Source: a virus (lineage: Duplodnaviria > Caudoviricetes). Taken from it: a DNA stretch of 38,070 nt. Shown here in pieces: positions 36,012 through 38,070 of this stretch. A program made the position numbers and the translations under genes. Numbering within the stretch: the stretch's first letter is position 1; every line of letters begins with the position of its first letter. A model generated the notes under the pieces. The model was not told the DNA's origin. It ran no database searches and worked only from the letters and a program-made list of their open reading frames with translations. The stretch is taken from the IMG/VR virus record IMGVR_UViG_3300020426_000014, positions 1 to 38,070 of that record. The stretch is one strand, 5' to 3'.

Positions 36012-36727
36012 GGGACGTTTACGAAGCATTCGACCGCGAGCGCAAGCCTGTGGCAGCAGCAGCGCCCGCGCCGTCCGGGCTGCGCGGCAAGGTGATCCAT
36101 GACCAGATGGAGCAGGGCAGCATGGCGTGGCTTCAAGCGCGCTGTGGCTTGCTGACCGCTTCGGAAATGAAGCTGGTCATCACCGAAAAGACGCTCAAGG
36201 TCTGCGACAACGACAAGATCAGGGCGCACATTTACGACCTTGCCGCTCAGCGCATCACCAACTTTGTCGAACCGATGTTTCAGAGCATGGACATGATCCG
36301 TGGTCAGAATGATGAGGCAGAAGCGCGGGCGCGATACGCCCAGCAATTCGGCCCGGTGCGCGAAGTAGGGTTCATCACCAACGACAAATGGGGCTTCACG
36401 CTCGGCTATTCGCCTGACGGCCTTCCCGAAGGCACGAACGGCGGCATCGAGTGCAAGTCGCGCAAGCAGAAATACCAGGTCCAGACCGTGGTCGAGCATG
36501 TGCTGACGGGCGGCATTCCCGGTGAATTCGTGATGCAGCACCAGACCGGCCTCATGGTCGGTGAACTCGACTGGATCGACTTCATCAGCTTCTCCGAAAA
36601 GCTGCCGATGGCCGTGATCCGCGTCTACCCCGACGACAAAATTCAGGCCGCCATCGAAGAGGCAGCGGCCGCCACCGAGGCGAAAATCGCCAAGATCATC
36701 GAAATCTATCAGGAGCAAACCCAATGA
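36008..36727 (+). CDS. YqaJ/lambda-exonuclease family recombination nuclease (GTG start 36008)
   Basis: EQGSMAWLQARCGLLTASE, GYSPDGL, IECKS, WIDFISF. Confidence 0.92.
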   Translation: MRDVYEAFDRERKPVAAAAPAPSGLRGKVIHDQMEQGSMAWLQARCGLLTASEMKLVITEKTLKVCDNDKIRAHIYDLAAQRITNFVEPMFQSMDMIRGQNDEAEARARYAQQFGPVREVGFITNDKWGFTLGYSPDGLPEGTNGGIECKSRKQKYQVQTVVEHVLTGGIPGEFVMQHQTGLMVGELDWIDFISFSEKLPMAVIRVYPDDKIQAAIEEAAAATEAKIAKIIEIYQEQTQ

Positions 36728-37857
36728 GCATCAGGTTCATTCCCGTCCACGAAATCACCGAGCCGCGCACCATCGCCCTTGGCCTGTCAGGCGGCAGCGG
36801 CACCGGCAAGACATTCACTGCCCTGCGTGTCGCGCGCGGCATCGCCGAAAGCATGACCGGAAAGAAGGGCGCCCCGATCGGCTATGTCGACACCGAGAAC
36901 AAGCGCGCGCTTCACTACAAGGAAGCGTTCCCGGAAATGATGCACTTCGACTTCACCGCCATCAACGATGACGGCGAGCTGGTCGGATTCGGCGTGGACC
37001 GCTGGATCGAGGTGATCGACGCGGCCGAGGCGGCGAAGCTGCCGGTGGTCATTCTGGACAGCTTCTCCCATGCCTGGGAAGGTATCGGCGGCGTGCTGGA
37101 CGAGCAGGCGCTGGCGCTGGACCAGCTTGTCGAACAGGCGCAGAAGCGCGCCAACGGCCGCTATGAGATCGACCCGTCGAAGTTCGGGCAACTTGCGTGG
37201 GCCGAGGTCAAGCCGAAGTATCGCCGGCTGATCGACCGCATCGTTCGCGCCAAGACGAACATCATCATCTGCACCCGTGCCAAGCCGGTCATGCAGAAGG
37301 GCTTCGGCGACAAGGCGGAGAATGCACGCGCCACCAAGACGCGGCGCAAGGATGTACCGTGGGATCCGGCGAGCGACGGCGACCTGATGTTCGAAATGAC
37401 CGCGATGATTATCCTCGATCCTGTCGCGCCCGGCTGCCCGGTCCATCAGATCAAGGTGTCTGACCAGTTCAAGAACCTGTTCGACCCGCGCCGGCCGATG
37501 GGCGAGATGACAGGCGCCGCCATGGCGGAATGGGCCAAGGGCGAAGGCGAGGCGCAGCGGCAGAAGGAAATGATGGACTTCGCTCGCGAGAAGGCGCGCG
37601 CCGGATCGGCGGCCTTCAAGGACTGGTGGGCCACTGATGAGGGCAAGGCGGCCCGTCCGATGCTGCGGCCGATCATGGATGAGATTCAGCAGATCGCGGC
37701 GGATGCCGACAAGGCGGCGTCGCAGTCCGACGACGATCCGTTTGCTGGTGAAGGTCCGTCCGACGAACAGCGCGGCGAAGCATTCAACGGCACCGACGAG
37801 GACGAGATGGCCCGCAGGGTGCGCGAGGAAACGAACGCCATGGCAGAGGCGGCGTAA
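36724..37857 (+). CDS. AAA_24/Sak4-like recombination ATPase
   Basis: GGSGTGKTFTAL, YVDTENKRA, ILDSFSHAWEGIGG; acidic C-tail; next to the exonuclease. Confidence 0.85.
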   Translation: MSIRFIPVHEITEPRTIALGLSGGSGTGKTFTALRVARGIAESMTGKKGAPIGYVDTENKRALHYKEAFPEMMHFDFTAINDDGELVGFGVDRWIEVIDAAEAAKLPVVILDSFSHAWEGIGGVLDEQALALDQLVEQAQKRANGRYEIDPSKFGQLAWAEVKPKYRRLIDRIVRAKTNIIICTRAKPVMQKGFGDKAENARATKTRRKDVPWDPASDGDLMFEMTAMIILDPVAPGCPVHQIKVSDQFKNLFDPRRPMGEMTGAAMAEWAKGEGEAQRQKEMMDFAREKARAGSAAFKDWWATDEGKAARPMLRPIMDEIQQIAADADKAASQSDDDPFAGEGPSDEQRGEAFNGTDEDEMARRVREETNAMAEAA

Positions 37858-38070
37858 TGCCCGCCGAAACCCCATTCCCCCGCCAGCGCCGCGCCCGTCG
37901 CAAGCAAACCTATCGCCGCCGCGCGATCATCCTCGCGATGCTCCGGGGCGGCAAGTGGGTCCACGGGGCGAAACTGCGCGAGGCCGCGCGCATCGGACAC
38001 AAGTCGGCGCTCGACCTGGTGATGCATGGCCTGCGCGAAGATGGCTACGTGATCGAAGGCAAGGGCGGCG
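37857..38070 (+). CDS. Winged-HTH (HTH_11/BirA-like) protein, truncated by window
   Basis: TAATG coupling; ...IILAMLRGGKWVHGAKLREAARIGHKSALDLVMHGLREDGYVIEGKGG. Confidence 0.65.
   Translation, partial: MPAETPFPRQRRARRKQTYRRRAIILAMLRGGKWVHGAKLREAARIGHKSALDLVMHGLREDGYVIEGKGG

Larger units (their letters stand above)
1..38070. mobile_element. Temperate podovirus/prophage region (epsilon15/BPP-1-like head-tail module, lambdoid-style immunity switch); both ends lie outside the window
   Basis: Contiguous, mostly translationally coupled terminase-portal-scaffold-capsid-tail-ejection-RBP-lysis genes plus divergent cI/cro and recombination genes. Confidence 0.95.

Overview
The window is a near-complete temperate podovirus or prophage of the epsilon15/BPP-1 architectural type. 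It is GC-rich, and the host is probably an alphaproteobacterium (sphingomonad-like), which is inference only. The minus strand, read from ~33.2 kb leftward, carries cro, a CII-like gene, a helicase, VRR-NUC, a VapE-type ATPase, an iteron origin, the terminases, portal, scaffold, capsid, cement protein, tail adaptor, a nozzle gene split in two, ejection proteins, a short tail-fibre adaptor with two beta-helix receptor-binding proteins (RBPs), and a GH108 endolysin/holin/Rz/embedded Rz1 lysis cassette cut by the left edge. The plus strand, from 33.3 kb, carries a short cI and early genes including a YqaJ exonuclease and a Sak4-like ATPase. No integrase, att site, tRNA, CRISPR or reverse transcriptase is visible. 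Main unannotated signals: (1) a repeated late-promoter motif, GTCGATTCAA-N18-TA, whose core is a GANTC (CcrM) methylation site; (2) a possible plug-in RBP system, with two DDGxW motifs on the adaptor and two RBPs sharing an Mtd-N-like N-terminus; (3) a bidirectional promoter sharing one palindromic -10 between the tail-fibre operon and an antisense secreted moron; (4) the split nozzle gene; (5) a probable ATT-initiated gene upstream of the portal. All calls come from reading by eye; no searches were run.
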